Origin: Callorhinchus milii
Taxonomy: Eukaryota
DNA length: 64,000 nt
Reading direction: 5' to 3'
Assembly (NCBI RefSeq): GCF_018977255.1
Contig: NW_024704742.1
Coordinates: forward strand, 134,542,001-134,606,000
In this document: piece after piece, positions 49,671 through 63,830 of the stretch
Numbering within the stretch: the first letter of the stretch is position 1
Layout: the number at the start of each line of letters is the position of its first letter
Made by a program: the position numbers and the translations under genes
The notes under the pieces: model-generated
What the model was told of the DNA's origin: nothing
Seen by the model: only the letters and a program-made list of their open reading frames with translations
Databases searched by the model: none

Positions 49671-49690
49671 CGCACCCCACCCCCACCCCT

Positions 49691-49960
49691 TGTCAGCCGG
49701 GTGTCTGACACACGCGGAAACCCATGACCGCGCTTAAGAGAATCGAAACCAAACTGAGAATTCCCTGCATCCCACCTACACATGGAAATCCCAGAGAGAG
49801 ATTGTTGGAATGGAATGCGCTCTCTCTCTGGAGGGACACCTCCTGCTTACCTAATTCCGGAAAGTATTAGGCGCAGGTTGGCAAGAGCCAAGGCTTGGGG
49901 ATCCCAGAGTGTGGGTTGGGGTAACTGCTGGAGTCTAACCAGCTAAAACCGCACAGCTCC
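49691..49960 (-). repeat. Unclassified hairpin-rich repeat, copy D
   Basis: Reverse complement aligns to 5520-5740 of copy A and retains CpGs. Confidence 0.85.
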
Positions 49961-50796
49961 GCAGGTGGTGATCAATACTGTCCCGATAAAGCGCTCCGAG
50001 ACTTTACCCTGTGCGAAGAGCGATGTGTAAAGGCAAGTTGTTGTTGAGAGTGTCAGTTTCTCTCACTGATGCCAACCTTAGGGAGCCTGACATTTGCCCT
50101 TTTAAAGGAGAACGCGAGAGAACCACATTCCAGCTGATGGAATATGACACGGAGCGTGTGTGGCAGTGTGTAGGCAATCTTCAGGTATCTAATAATATTG
50201 TTCACAAAAGCTCCCTGAACTCCACCAGGAAGCACATCAAAGCTGAGGCTAATCCCTGCCAGAGGCACTGATTTTGTGTCTGGTTTGGGAGCCATCATGC
50301 AGCTTTATCACAGTTCCGATTTAATGGTCTGATTGTTCAGCCTACATGACACTACAGTGCTCTGATCAGATCCAGACAATCTTGGACAGTCTGGTACATG
50401 TTTTGACCTGTTTGCATGTTGGCAGACCTCAATCTCGGTTCCTTGCTCGCGCTGACATTTTTATATTGCTTCCCCATCCCATCCTCCCTACCCTCCCTGA
50501 TTCATTATCATGTTGTGGATCATTGCAATACCCCAAATTTACCCCTCCACATGAGCTGAGACGCCATCCGGCATGGAGGGCACTAAATAAATCCAAGTTG
50601 TTGTTGTCTCAAAATGCTCCACAGAATACACTACAAAGTGGATTGACTGCGCATTTTGTGGACGAAACACGGCAGCCAATTGCACACAGCAGTGTCCCAC
50701 AACAGTCTTAGATTGAGTGACCTAACTAAAGGCACTGTATCAAACGCAAGGATTATTATTTTATTTGTAACTAGCAGTAATCCGGAATTACAGGAT

Positions 50797-51777
50797 CATA
50801 GAATTGCACAGAAGGAGGCCATTCAGTCCATCGTGTCTGTGCCTGCTCTTGAAAAGATCTATCCAAATCAATCCCACTCCCCCGCTCGCTCCCCAAAACC
50901 CTGCAAACTTGTCCTACCCAAGTAATTATCTACTTCTCTCTTAGAAGTTCTTATCGAATCGGCTTCCACCACTCTTTCAGGCAATGCATTCCAGATCCGA
51001 ACAATTGTCTGTGTTTTCTCCTCTGTGAGGAGAATTTTTTTTTCTCCTCACCTCCCCTCTGTTTCTTTTAACAACTATTTAAATCGATGTCCTTGGATTA
51101 CCGACCCACCCACCAGTGGAAATAGTTTCTCCTTGTTCACCCTATCGAATCCCCTCAGAATTTTGAAAACTTCTATTAAATCTCCTCTTAACCTTCTCTG
51201 CTCCAAGGAGAGTAATCCCGGCTTCTCTCGCCTCTCCTGATAACTGATCCCTCATTCCTGACACCATCCTGGAAAATCTCCTTTGCACCCTCCCCAATAA
51301 CTTGATTTCCTTCCTAAAGTGGAGCCCAGAACTGAACCCAGTCTCTCGCTGAGGCCTAACCAGTATTTTATAAAGGTTCATCATAACTTCCTGACTTTTG
51401 TATTCTATGCCCCTATTTATAAAACCTAGTATCCCGTATGCTTTTTAAAGCTACCTGTCCTGCCACCTTGAAAGATTTACTTATATGAACCCCCAGGTCT
51501 CTCTATTCCTTCTCCCCCTTTAAGATTGTACCATCAGTATCATCTGCAAACTTGTACTCCCTATACCCAAGAACAGGTCATTTATATAGATCAAAAACAG
51601 CAGTGGTCCCAATACTGACCCCTGGGGGACATCACTGCACACTTCCCTCCAGTCACAAATCAACCATTCACCATTTCTCTCTGTTTTCTGACTCCCAGCC
51701 AGTTTTCCATACTGCCACTGTCCTTTAATACCGTGGACTTCTATTTTGCTTACAAGTCTCTTTTGTGGGACTTTATC
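50797..51777 (-). mobile_element. Decayed CR1 LINE 3' part
   Basis: Homologous to 151-1170. Confidence 0.92.
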
Positions 51778-52641
51778 AGACTGTTCATGTTTGTTTGTTT
51801 TGTTTTAAAACAAAATGTGTTGTAAATCCAGTTTATCAAAGTTAATTCTCTATTTGGGGGGGGTGGAAGGAACATCATCAGAGGATACAGGTAAAAATGT
51901 CAGGAGTTGAAGGCGCTACATAAATTGCATTTATTTAGCCGCTGGACAGTGAAGGGTTTTCACCCGAGCTGGGGGTTGGAATCGAGAGGAACGGAAAGGT
52001 AGACAGTTCATTGACCCTCTGCTTTGCTGAAGGAAATAAATCAGCGACCTGCTAGGGTAGAAGCTGCCTTTAAAACGTGCAAGCAGTCCCTGGTGAGGTG
52101 CAGACTGACCTGTGAGCAGCCACACCCCTGTGTGTGAGTGAGAGAGAGAGATAGAGCCTGAGCTGTGAAAGACTCCACATCACTCGGCCATTGTGCATTT
52201 CTCTCTCTCTCTCTCTCACTCGGTAAAAGTCACCGACTGTTCAGTTGTCCCATTAATTCCCCCCCCACCCCCATCTTTCCTTCTCTCTCCTCTCTCTTTC
52301 GCAGGCTGGCATTGTTCAAGCTTGCCTTGGCAGAACAGTGCAACGCTTTGTGTATGTGCAGAACAGAGCAAACTGCTGAGCTACTAAATTTCCCCCATTT
52401 ATCAGGCAAGCAGCCCCCGTGACTTTGACCGGTTTATGGTTTCCTTCAGAAACAAACCTGGTATCAAGTATTTTTTTTTGGATCCGGAGTCCGACTTGTA
52501 TACGGATTGGTGAAAAAAATACGGCATGTGCTAATTATCACTGGTGGGATGTTTACGTTCAGTTCCAAGTCAAGAATGCAATACCCAAAGAATCTCCACC
52601 TCAGGCTTCTCCCAGCTGCTGTCGTGTCCAGACGGGTGCGG

Positions 52642-52990
52642 CATAGGAACAGGAGGAGGCCATTCAACCCCTCCAGCCTGTTCTGCCATTCTATCAGATC
52701 ATGGCTGATCTGTACCTCTGTGCCTCAACTCCATTTACCCGCCTTTGCCCCACATCCCTTGATACCCTGACCTAAAAATATCTGTGCACCTTGAAGATGT
52801 GAATGGATCTCAGTATCCACAGCCATTTGGGGGAGAGAGTTCCAGATTTTCACTACACTTTGAGTGGAAAAACTGCTCCTGATCTCACTCCTAAATGGCC
52901 TAGATCTAATTTTAAGATGATCCTCCCTTGTTCTGGATTACCCCACCAAAGGAAACAGTCTCTCTGTCGCTGCGTTGAATCCCTTTATCA
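52642..52990 (-). mobile_element. CR1 3' end, different subfamily
   Basis: CATAGGAACAGGAGGAGGCCATTCAACCCCTCCAGCCTG..AGATCATGGCTGATCT..GAGAGTTCCAGATT. Confidence 0.8.
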
Positions 52991-54324
52991 ATTTAGAGCT
53001 GCCTCAACAACCACACTGCCCTTGCCTTCACCCCACCCGAGACAGTGCTAAAAGCAAGGCTGCCTTCTGCAGCGATGGCTTGTAATTTGTGATTGCCGTG
53101 AGTAGTTAATGAGCTGGACTGAATTTCTACACCTGTCTAATTCTTGGCCATTAACCCTTCACGGGCTGGAATGTTCAATTTTGGCTGATTTTTTATTAAG
53201 GAATATTGATATATTCTGAAATGAATTTTTTTTTGAGGGGGGAGAGGAGAAATGTGTTTTTTTTTTCCATGCGTTTCTGAGAATACTTGCCCTCTACCTG
53301 ATGCACAACCACAGCAAATTGCATTTGTATAGCGCCTTTCAAGTCGGGAGGATGTCCCTAGGCGCTACACTCCACCATTAGTGTCATTTCTGCCCCCACT
53401 GTCTGACACTCCTTCCCGACTTGCCCCCTCCCTCTTTCCCCATTTCTAAATCGGCAGATCTGCTTTCAGCCACTGCCCACACCTCTAGTACTCCCAGCCT
53501 CAATATTTGCACCTTGCCCCCTCTTTACCCGTCTTCAGATCGCACCTGAAGATTTTCCACTTTGATCATGCCTGTGGTGATCTCTCTCTTTTTGAGTCAA
53601 GGTCCACCACTATTAAGTGCTTAAACACTACTGTGTATAAAGGTGCTGTACATGTTAAAGCCTGCCTTGAAGTTTGCATATTGGACATATTTTTTGTTCT
53701 CTTGTTTTCCCCTCCCCTTAAATTTGGGGCCCCAGATAGCCACGCTTGTGAAGTGCTTTGAGACATCCTCCTGACGTCCCTAGGCGCTGTATAAATCTAA
53801 GTCACATTGTTTTTTTTAAAAACAACTCTTGGAAACTTTTTTTTTAATTTAAAAAAACACTTGAGAACAACAACCTTGCAAACGTGTCTTTCACAGAGAA
53901 TATGTCCTTAACACTGAGTGAGATGGGAATAGGTAAATGGTAAACGGGCAGGTAAGGAACCACAAAGGGAGTGGGGGTGATGAGGGATTTTGAATGCAAT
54001 TAAAGAGGGCGAGGGGTGTAGAGAGTTCCAGAGAGCAGGGATGAAAGCTTGTGAGCCCCAATGATGGGTTAGTGGAAAGAGGGGCGGAATTGAGTGAGAC
54101 GTGCAGCATTCAAGTGAACTGAAAGCACCAAAATCAGAGATATTTTTAATGTATAATGTGTAAACGACTGTCTGTTGATGGTTGGTCAGGTAGAGCAGAG
54201 AACATGAAGCAGGTTGGTCTCATTTATGTGTTCTTAAAGCGCGAGACCTGCCAGGTTATGAGCTTTTAATTATAGTTGGATCGCCTGACGTGACTATGGA
54301 TATCTTACAGTGGTGATCATCATC

Positions 54325-54740
54325 CTAGCATTTGATATTGCGTCTTTCTCATTTGCACGATTTCTCAAAGCGCTTCACATGATTTTACTGTAAGTGTAGT
54401 GACTGTAGTGACTCATAACCTGGAAGGCGAACATGGTAGACAATTTGCTGACAGCTATGTCCTACAAACAGCCATGACCAATGAATGACCAATTTTATCT
54501 GGGGGTTTGTTAGTGAGGGACACTTGGATAAACTCCCTTTTCTCATTTCGAATAGTACCGTGAGATGCCCAACTGAACAGGTTGACAGGACCTCGGTTTA
54601 ATGTCTGATCCAAAAGACGGCACCACCGACAATGCAGGGTTTCCCAGCACTGGACTGGGGTTTCAGCCCAGACTGTGAGCTCAAAGTGCGGAAATGGGGC
54701 TTGAATACACATTCTGACTTGAAAGTGAGAGTACTACCAT
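54325..54740 (-). mobile_element. Deu-domain SINE
   Basis: GGACCTCGGTTTAATGTCTGATCCAAAAGACGGCACC, plus the shared 3' segment and tail. Confidence 0.72.
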
Positions 54741-56269
54741 CCTCGCCCAGTGCAAATTCTTCCTTTACATTGTATGCCATTGTGTGTTGTTGGAAGGCGC
54801 TGTCTGTAATCTCAAACAGCCCTCCTGAGTTAATATACAACAGGGAAATTGGTGCCAGAATGCTAGATAGCCAGTGTGACTAGTATGGCAAGTTTTCCTT
54901 CTGACCAATTGGCGTTCTTGATATGGTGCAGTAAATGATTTAGTGCCTCCTGGATATGCCACGCTGGAACTCGATCTGCTGCCAAGCAGAAAAGTTTGAC
55001 GTTGTGTGATTAATATCAGTCAAACCTTTTCAGGTGATTTAATGCTGATTTACAACTGGACCATCTGGTTAACTCAGCTCAGTTCGGCTTTGAACAGAGT
55101 TGTGATGCACATTTCTCAAAAGATTGTCTCAAAGCGCTTCACAAAATACATATTGTATTGACTGTGTATCCAAATACATATGGATTGACTGTGTATTTCG
55201 TGGGTGAGCTGCGACAGCCAGTAGCTCACAGCAGTGTCGTGCAAACCGTCGGGGATTGAGTGACCAAATTATTATATATTTCTTTAAATTATACAAAGTA
55301 TAGTCACTACAATTTACAGTACAATCCCGTGAAGCTATTTGAGAGATGTGTAACCAAAATGATGAGGCGCTATGTCAAATGCAGGGATTACTACCATTGT
55401 GTTATTATAATGGGCAGGATGCGGAGGAACGAGAGTTCATCATTATTAGAATTGCCATTCCTTCAGATGATGAGACCAAGGTCTGGTCTGACAATTCAAG
55501 TTGATAGTTACAAAGAGAAGGGAGTTTTCCCCCCTTATCCTGGCCAACAATCATAAATTGGTCGTTCATCTCCTGACTATTATTATTTTTGTGTTACATG
55601 TCATGTATAGATCATGTGATTCATGCTGGGCAGGGAGGTTGGAAAAGGGGGAGCGAGAGAGAGAGAAGGTGGAGGAGAAGGAAAAACGAATCCCTCCTAC
55701 AAATCAAATGCTTGATTTAGACTAAATGGAAGGATGTTTATGCTTAAGAGGCACAAGCCAATTTGAATCATTTAATTGGGAGCTTCAGTTGTGAAGGCTC
55801 CTGTTACAGTCCATTGAGGGTGCCCTACATCATTAATGAGGGATAATATAAGACCCATCACTAGGGCAGGCAATGTAATGCATGCAGAGAAACCTGATGC
55901 TCTTCTGCTTCCTGGCTTCAGAAAGTTATCTTGGTCAGTTCCATCTTCAAGTGTGAAAGGCACCAGACAATGTCAGGAGTCGCTCTATACAATGGAATTC
56001 ACTTGCCCACTAAATGTGGCAGCTCTGTATTCCTAAAGAGCAACAATAATGGATCACCCTCGCTGCTGTGTTTCTGTGTGTGTGTTTTGTCAAGATCCGA
56101 TCAATCCTCAGTTAAACTAATACAGGACTACTGGCAGTGTGAGTTTCAGCTTTTTTTCTTCCTTATTAGACTCCACGTCTTTGTTGAGATGAGTAGCCTT
56201 TGTCCTCTCTTTGCAACCCTCTCCTCCCACCTTTTCCCCACTCCATGACTACTTGTACTTGATATTGTT

Positions 56270-56540
56270 TCAGCCTGGTTCAGTAGGTAGGACTTTCGTC
56301 TCTGAATCAGAAGGTTATGGGGTCAAGGCTAAGAACTCGTATTGTCTAGGCTGCTGCTCCAATGCATTGTTTGAGATGTTGTCCTCCGGATGAGACTTTG
56401 AACTGCGGTGCCAGTTGCTTGTTCAGGTGGATGTTAAAGATTCCATGGTGCTATTCAAAAATAGAAGGGAGTTTCTCCCAGTGCCTGGCCAGCAATTCCC
56501 AGATAATATTGATCATTCACTCCATGGATATTTGTGAGAG
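56270..56540 (+). mobile_element. Deu-domain SINE
   Basis: Head TCAGCCTGGTTCAGTAGGTAG plus GGATGAGAC..GTTCAGGTGGATGTTAAAGATTCCATGG. Confidence 0.72.
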
Positions 56541-58177
56541 ATTTATAGGATATCTCTTTAAGAATTAAAGAACAGTTAAGAAAGATCCAATAAAATAAAG
56601 ACAGGAAGTACAAAAGGACACTGGGAGTAGAACAAGTTGGTGTGGCTATAGTTAGTGGTTAGAGTGCTTTAAATTGATAATAAAGAAATATACTAACATA
56701 TTCCGTGAAATTATACATTGACGAGCGCAAATTGTCTTCCCTTAAGCACAGTCACAAAACTTTGCTATAAAATCCTGTGAATTGCTTTGAACTGTCTCAA
56801 TGATGTGGTAAACCACTATATCAAATGCTGTTGTTATTGTTGGCTAAATAATGAGCAAAGCTCCCTACCCTTTCCGAATAGTGCTATGGAATCTGTAACA
56901 TCCATCTATCTGAACAGTGAGACTTTACCTTGGTTTGTGAACGTCTGATCCAAAGGACGGCACCTCTGACAGTGCAGAATACCCCCAGCAATGCACTGAA
57001 GCACCTGCCTAGACTATCTAAGTTTCAAGTCCTGGTGTGGGGCTTCTGAGATAGAGGCGAGAGTGCTAAAACTGAGTCATGTTGACACCTGTGGAATATG
57101 GTTAACGTGTGTATTGCTAAGATTGTCTGTTTCAAATTATAATGGATTAAAGTTCTTGGCCGCTATTGGCACTGTCTCACTGACATAGGCTGCAATGGTT
57201 CATCAAGTGTGTTGCAACTCCGAGGAACATTAGATGAATTCCAGCCTCATCAGGTTTTTTGCTTTGTCAGTGAAGGTGAAGCATTTGAGAATGCAAGCCT
57301 TGAAAATCCTTAAATGGAGTCAAGTCAACTGTAGAATTCCTGACAATTTCGCAAACTCCAATAGTAATAATAATAATCCTTGCATTTGATATAGCACCCT
57401 CGTTTGAGACGTCTCAAAGTGCTTCACAGAATATACTGTAAAATGAATCGACTATATATTTAGTGGGCGAAAAATGGCAGCCAATTGCATCGCATCAGTG
57501 TCCCACAAACAGTTGTGGATTGAATGACCAAATTATTATTAGTTTTTTTGAATAAACATAACTAAGTATTAGATCATAATAATGAAGTATTAATACAAGT
57601 ATCTGTTTGGTTTCAATACTGTTAAGCATGGTGAAGGGTTTCCACAGATGGCAGACACACAAAAAAAAATAGAGGAATTAATTTAACCTTGCATTTGATA
57701 TAGCCTCTTATCATGCTGTCAAACATCTCAAAGAGCCTCTCGGGATTTTACTGATCTGTCTTGAGATCTTCCTTTGGCCATCTATCCCCTCGCCACCCAC
57801 AATTGGCTCTCACCCTCAGCTCAGGTTCTAAGTCCAGGATTATCAAGCTCATTGGGACTTCCTCCTGATGTGAAACATGTGTAAAATTGTTCATTTGTAT
57901 TCTGTAAAGTGTAGTGACTTTGCATTTTTTAGACCTCACAAACAGTCATGGAGTGAGAGTGATCGATTTTATCTGACAGATTGCTGGCCAGGGCCCCTGA
58001 GAAATTCCCACCGAAATTCACTCTGCAAACAATCCACGACCTTGTTGCTGGAATAACGAGTGGATAACCTTTCACCAGCAGCCTGGAGAGGATTGTTTTT
58101 CCTTCTCTCCCCTGTTGTGGTTTGCCTTCTCTCGTGACGTGCTGTTTGCAGTTCTCCACTGAACTCAGGCAGTACAA

Positions 58178-58548
58178 CCCCGTAGCGTAGTGCAACCCCA
58201 AGCGCTCGCCTCGCAAGCAAGTGGATCCAGGTTTGATTCCCGGACATGAAGAAGCCTCAGGCAAGTTTCCTTATTCCACACACCTCTGTTTACCCAGCAG
58301 TAAGTTGGAACCGTGTTGTTAGTTTATTGGTGGATCACTTTCCGGGAGTAATAATCTCTCAAAAAAAAAATTGGTCACTCAGTCCATGGCTGTTTGTGGG
58401 ACACTGCTGTGCGCAATTGCTTCTGCATTTCGTCCACAAAATATACAGTCAATCAACTTTACAATACATTCTGTGAAGCGCTTTGAGACGTCTCAATGAC
58501 ACAATAAGCCGCTATATCAAACGGAAGTACTAGTATTATTATTATATT
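58178..58548 (+). mobile_element. tRNA(Ala)-SINE, long form
   Basis: Head, central block and tail. Confidence 0.82.
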
Positions 58549-59964
58549 GAGCTCACAGTCCAGGCTAATAATCCACATAGTAGAGAAAGTGAAAAATTTG
58601 ACTGGGCAGGAGAAAGAAACTGCACTTTAGCACCTGTAAGATCCATTTTGCCTTGGAATAAGTCAGATCGTTTTGAAAGACGATTTGTGACTTGTATATG
58701 AAATTTAAACTCTATAATTTCATTCAAAATACAAATACTGCTCGTACCCATTGCTCTCAGGTGCAGGTTACACTTTGTCTGGTCCAATCGGGCATATTTT
58801 AAATTCATTCTCATTTTGAGTGCTTTGTTCAGTCGCAGAAACCTAAATTCCCATGAATCAGATCAATCATTAACGTCATTTGCTGCTTCATTTAATCTTC
58901 AGTGGAGTATACTATCTCTCCTATTCACAACCCTTTCCAGGCATTGAAGTTCTCGTTCAGTCAATTCACTTTACAGTGTGTTCTGTGAAGCGCTTTGGGA
59001 TGTCCTCTCGACGTGAAAAGCGCTATATCAAATGCAAGGATTATTACTATTATAAGGCACTACATCAAATGCAAGGATTATTATTACTGTAACACTCTAG
59101 GGTACAGTATTAATGCAAGTAGCTGCTAGTTAACAGGAAACTACCTATAATAATAATCCTTGCATTTAATATAGCACTTTTCACGTCTTCTATACGTCTC
59201 AAAGCGCTTCACAGAATAGACTGTAAAGTGAATTGACTGTATATTTGTGGGCGAAACACGGCAGCCAATTGTGCACAGCAATGTCCCACAAACAGTCAGT
59301 TCCTACTTACAGCTAGATAAACAGAGGTGTGTCGTATGTGGAGTAAGGAAACTTGCATAAAGTCTTGTCCTGCCTGGGAATTAAACCTAGGTCCTCTTGT
59401 TTGCGAGGCGATTGCTATTTTGACTGGGCTCTAACCACTAAGCTTTCAACTTCGATTTCAAGATCCTCTCACTCGTTTTCAAATCACTTAATCCCCTCGC
59501 AACTCCCTACCTACCTGATTTGCTTACACCACCACCCGCTCCGCACTCCAACACCCACTGCCTCCACATGGCTGGCTCTGGCCTCCTAGCTTCCCCTCGT
59601 GCTCTCAGTTACATCTTCAGTGGCCATGGCTTCAGCTGCTACGCCCCAAAACTCTGGAACTCTCTCCCTCAATCCCTCCGCTTCGCCCCTTCCCTCCTCA
59701 CCTTCAAATCCTGCCTAAGCAACCTTCCATTTTGATCGTGCTAACGGTCACTGTGTTATAAGCTGTTGTTGTAAGCTACAGGACTTCATTAATCTGCAGA
59801 TTTAAAGTGACCTGGTGCTTAGGTTAAACATTAATGTTAATGCCGTTGAGGTTATGGATGCCCTGAGGCTACTTAACTTCACCCTAACTTTTAATTAGTC
59901 TTTCAGTTATTAACTGGTCTTTTCCATTACAAAACTTGCAATTTCTAGGAAAAAAAATATAAAT

Positions 59965-60311
59965 ATAATAATCCTTGCATTTGATATAACGCTTTTCACG
60001 TCTTCTAGACGTCTCAAAACGCTTCACAGTGTAAAGTGAATTGACTGTATATTTGTGGGCGAAATGCGGCAGCCAATTATGCACATCAGTGTCCCACAAA
60101 CGCTTGTGGATTGAGTGACCGAATTTTTATTTTGTTGAAGGATTATCATCCCCAGAAAAGCGATCCACTAATCAACTAACAACCAGGTTCCTACTTACTG
60201 CTAGGTAAACAGAGCCGTAAGGAAACTTGCACAACATTTCGCCCTGCCGGGAATCTAACCCGGTCTCTCGCTCATGAGGCAAGTGCTCTAACCACTGAGC
60301 TACAGGACTCC
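59965..60311 (-). mobile_element. tRNA(Ala)-SINE, long form
   Basis: Complete reverse-complement copy. Confidence 0.88.
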
Positions 60312-61289
60312 ACAGGAACAAGAACTAACTTGCAATGTTATCTGAAAACCTTGACATCTGGAAACCTTAGGATTGCTGCCGAGTGCAGTAGTTCAGTCTT
60401 GAGACACTACAACGTGTTCAGGTGTATCAAAGTTTAAATGGGTTTGGAAAAGTAAACCTAGATCATCACTTTAGGATGCAATAAGAGGACATAGGTTTAG
60501 AGTTGTGTATCCGGACAACATCAGGAAGCTTTCCTTTACTCAGAGGGTAATTAATGACTGGGATAGGTGGCCAGGAATGATGGTTGAGGCCAGGACACTG
60601 GGATCCATTTAAAAAGCTGTTATGGGAGGTAAGTACACTGCAGGACTCCGCAAGATTTAAGGCTATGCCCCCTTGCATTGGACTCATCTTCCAAGGGGAA
60701 GAGTCGTCCATGAACTAACATGTCAATTCCTCTTGTTTTAAATACCTGTACCAAATCGCCCCTTTACTCTTGCTTCAAAGAATATAACCACAGTTTACTC
60801 AGCCTCTCACCAGAGTTAAGTCACTTTTAACCCCAATAGCTTTTACCCTAATCCTCCAAGGCTACTTTATGCTTCCATTAATTGGTAGCCCAAAACCCTA
60901 CAAGGTGCTCTGAACAAGGTCTGACCTGTGCCCTATATAACTGGAGTAACGTCTCTTTAATTCCAGGCAGAAAGGGAGTAGGCAGGACCTTTGGTCCTGG
61001 ATAACTGCGCCTTTTGGTAATTACAACAAACCAAGCTGAACAGTAATAATGCAAGTTGACGTGATTCTCAGCTTCTCACCAGATTTAAGACCAGCTTAAT
61101 GTATTCAAATCAGCAGTTTGTCATTGCTACCTCTCCTGAAACCAAGTGTTCTTGAAAATAGTTTTGTCTTAGAATCTGGTTAGTCTACATTTCATGCTAG
61201 CACCTGACATAGTCCAAAGAGTCCAGCATGAAGCAATTCCTAGGTGTGTTTTTGCACTGCCCTGCCTTGCGACTTTCAACAGTGTTGAA

Positions 61290-61795
61290 CGTCAACAAGA
61301 CCAAGGCTTTCCTGATTGGCTCCCATCAGCTCCTCCTCACCTCAGGTGCTGACGGCATCATCATCCATGGTTGCACACCTCACTAAGCCAGTCCAGAAGC
61401 CTGGAGTCTCGTTTGACCCTCAACTATCCTTTCTACCCCACATCTGTGCCATAACCTGCTCTGCCTTCCCCCACCTCCGTAACATCGCCCGGCTCCGATA
61501 CTGTCTCACACCGCAGGCCGCCGAAACCCTCATACATGCTTTCATTACATTGAAGTTTGACTATGCAAACTCATTGCTTGTCGGCCTCCCCAACTCCTCT
61601 CTTCATAGGCTGCAGATCATTCCAGAACTCTGCAGTCCATGTCCTCTCCTGCACTAGGCTCTGCGACCCTGTCACCCCCATCTTTACCCATCTCCACTGG
61701 TTTCAAAATCCCGCTCAGTCCGAAACAATGTCTGTCCACATTGAGACGTCCTCCTGACGTGAAAAGTGCTTTACAAATGTAATTTTTGTTGTTGT
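61290..61795 (+). mobile_element. L2 fragment with internal deletion and tail
   Basis: LRNIARLR..HAFITLKFDYANSLLVGLP, then a hairpin tail and (TTG)n. Confidence 0.87.
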
Positions 61796-62160
61796 GTTGA
61801 TTGACATAAACTAATTGTGAATCAGACTTTGATCTATCCTTCCAAGGCTTACTGTACTGAAGACACTTTGGATGCCGTTAAGAGGACAGAGTGCATCCTC
61901 CACTCCAAGCACGTAAACATAGACCAAACCACCCCTTTGTGTTATACAGTCTGTGGAGTCCTGTAGGGTACTGATTAGTGTACTGGCATCACAGCGAGAG
62001 GACTTGGGTTTGATTCCCAGTCAGGATGTGGGGCTTGACATTGTAACCTTCTGACTCTTGAGACGCGAGTGCTACCAACTCAGCCAGACTGGTTCCTAAA
62101 TATCAGCTGCACCACTATTTGGGCTTGGTATCACAGCCAACAGGAGGATTGATGTGAAAT

Positions 62161-62745
62161 CCCGTATTGAAGTGGTTAGCATGCACGCCTTGCAAGTGAG
62201 TTCAATTTCTGGACAGGGCAAAGCCTTAGTCAAGTTTCCTTACAACAACAACAACAACAACAACAAGATTCCATTTATAGAGCGCCTTTCACGTCAGGAG
62301 GACGTCCCAAGGCGCTGCACAGTTGGGTCATGACCCGAGCAGGGGGGAAATGGTCAGGGTGAGGGGAGGGAAGGGAGGGAGAGAGGAGGGGGGAAATGGT
62401 CAGGGTGAGGGGAGGGAAGGGAGGGAGCGAGGAGGAGGAAGAGAGTCGAGAGGGGAGCTGAAGGCCTTACACCACATACCTCTGTTTACCTTGCAGTAAG
62501 TGGGAACCTCAGCTGTTAGTCGATTGGTAGATCGCTTTTGGGGGGGGGGGGGGGGGTAATAATCCCCTTTAAAAATAAATAAATAATAATAATTTGGTCA
62601 CTTAATCCGTGACTGTTTGTGGGACACTGCCGCGTTTCGCCCACAAAATATACAATCAATTCACTTCATAATATATTCTGTGAAGCACTTTGAGACGTCT
62701 CAACCGACACTAACAAATGCTGGGATTATTATTATCATCAACATT
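62161..62745. mobile_element. Long-form SINE (+) interrupted by an antisense L2 3' end (62245-62464)
   Basis: The insertion is flanked by CCTTACA at 62238-62244 and 62465-62471. Confidence 0.85.
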
Positions 62746-63527
62746 ATTATACTGAACGCATCTCCTATCCCCGATCTAATTTGTTGGGTAACCCCACCAC
62801 TTTTTTGCGCAGTGAACAATGCAAAGCGTTTCAGCTCTGAGATTTTTGTAATTAACTGCCCGCTCTCCGTAAATATTGTAATGTTTCAATAATTCCTTGT
62901 AGAAGGCAAGAAGTGAAGCGTCCTGAAGGTCACAGGTGCGATGATTTCTGCTGTAATCCACCCTTCTGGGGTCTTGGCTTTGTGCCGCCACCACACTGCT
63001 CAGCGGCAAGAATTAAATGTCTCATGCAGAAAATTGTTGGGTTCCTTGCCAATTATTCGCCCACAAAACACACAATAGTTGTATTTGATAAAGTGCCTCA
63101 TCATGTAGCAATATGTCTCAAAACATTTCGCAGGATGTTACCACGGGTGATTTTTACTGTAAAGTGTAGTGATTGTATTTATTTTGTAGGCTAATTTAAT
63201 AGACAATTTGCACACAGCAATGTCCCACAAACAGGCGTGGAGTCAATATCTGGCGTAGTGGGGTGTGGGGGAAAATGATCACCCACAAAACACACAGTCA
63301 CCGCCCTTCACTGTATATCCTGTGAAGCGGTTTGGGACATTCTCCTGATGTGAAAGCATTGTCCAGGCTTACACTTAGTTCACTGTAGTGCTGAATGTGT
63401 GTGGTCGGAAGTGCTGTCATTCAGATAAGCTGTTAAAACCAGGTGGATGTTGAAGGACCCGTGACACGACTTGAAACTGGAGGGGAGTCTCACCCGGTAT
63501 CCTGGCAACCCACGATCCCCCAACTAA

Positions 63528-63830
63528 AACGAGAGGACCCGGGTTCGATTCCAGGGTAGGGCGAAACCTTAGCCAATTTTCTTTCCTCCACACGCCTCTG
63601 TTTACCGCAGTAAGTAGGAACCCACTTGCTAGTCGATTAGCAGATCGCTTTCTGGGGTAATATCCCTTCAAAAAGAATGTGGTCACTCAATCCACGACTG
63701 TTTGTGGGACACTGTTGTGCACAATTGGTTGCTTTACAGTATACACTTTACAGTATATTCTGTGAAGCGCTTTGAGACTTCTCAAAGACATGATAAGGTG
63801 CTACATGAAAAGAAAAGTATTATTATTTGC
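63528..63830 (+). mobile_element. tRNA(Ala)-SINE, long form, 5'-clipped
   Basis: B box GGTTCGATTCC, central block and tail. Confidence 0.83.
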
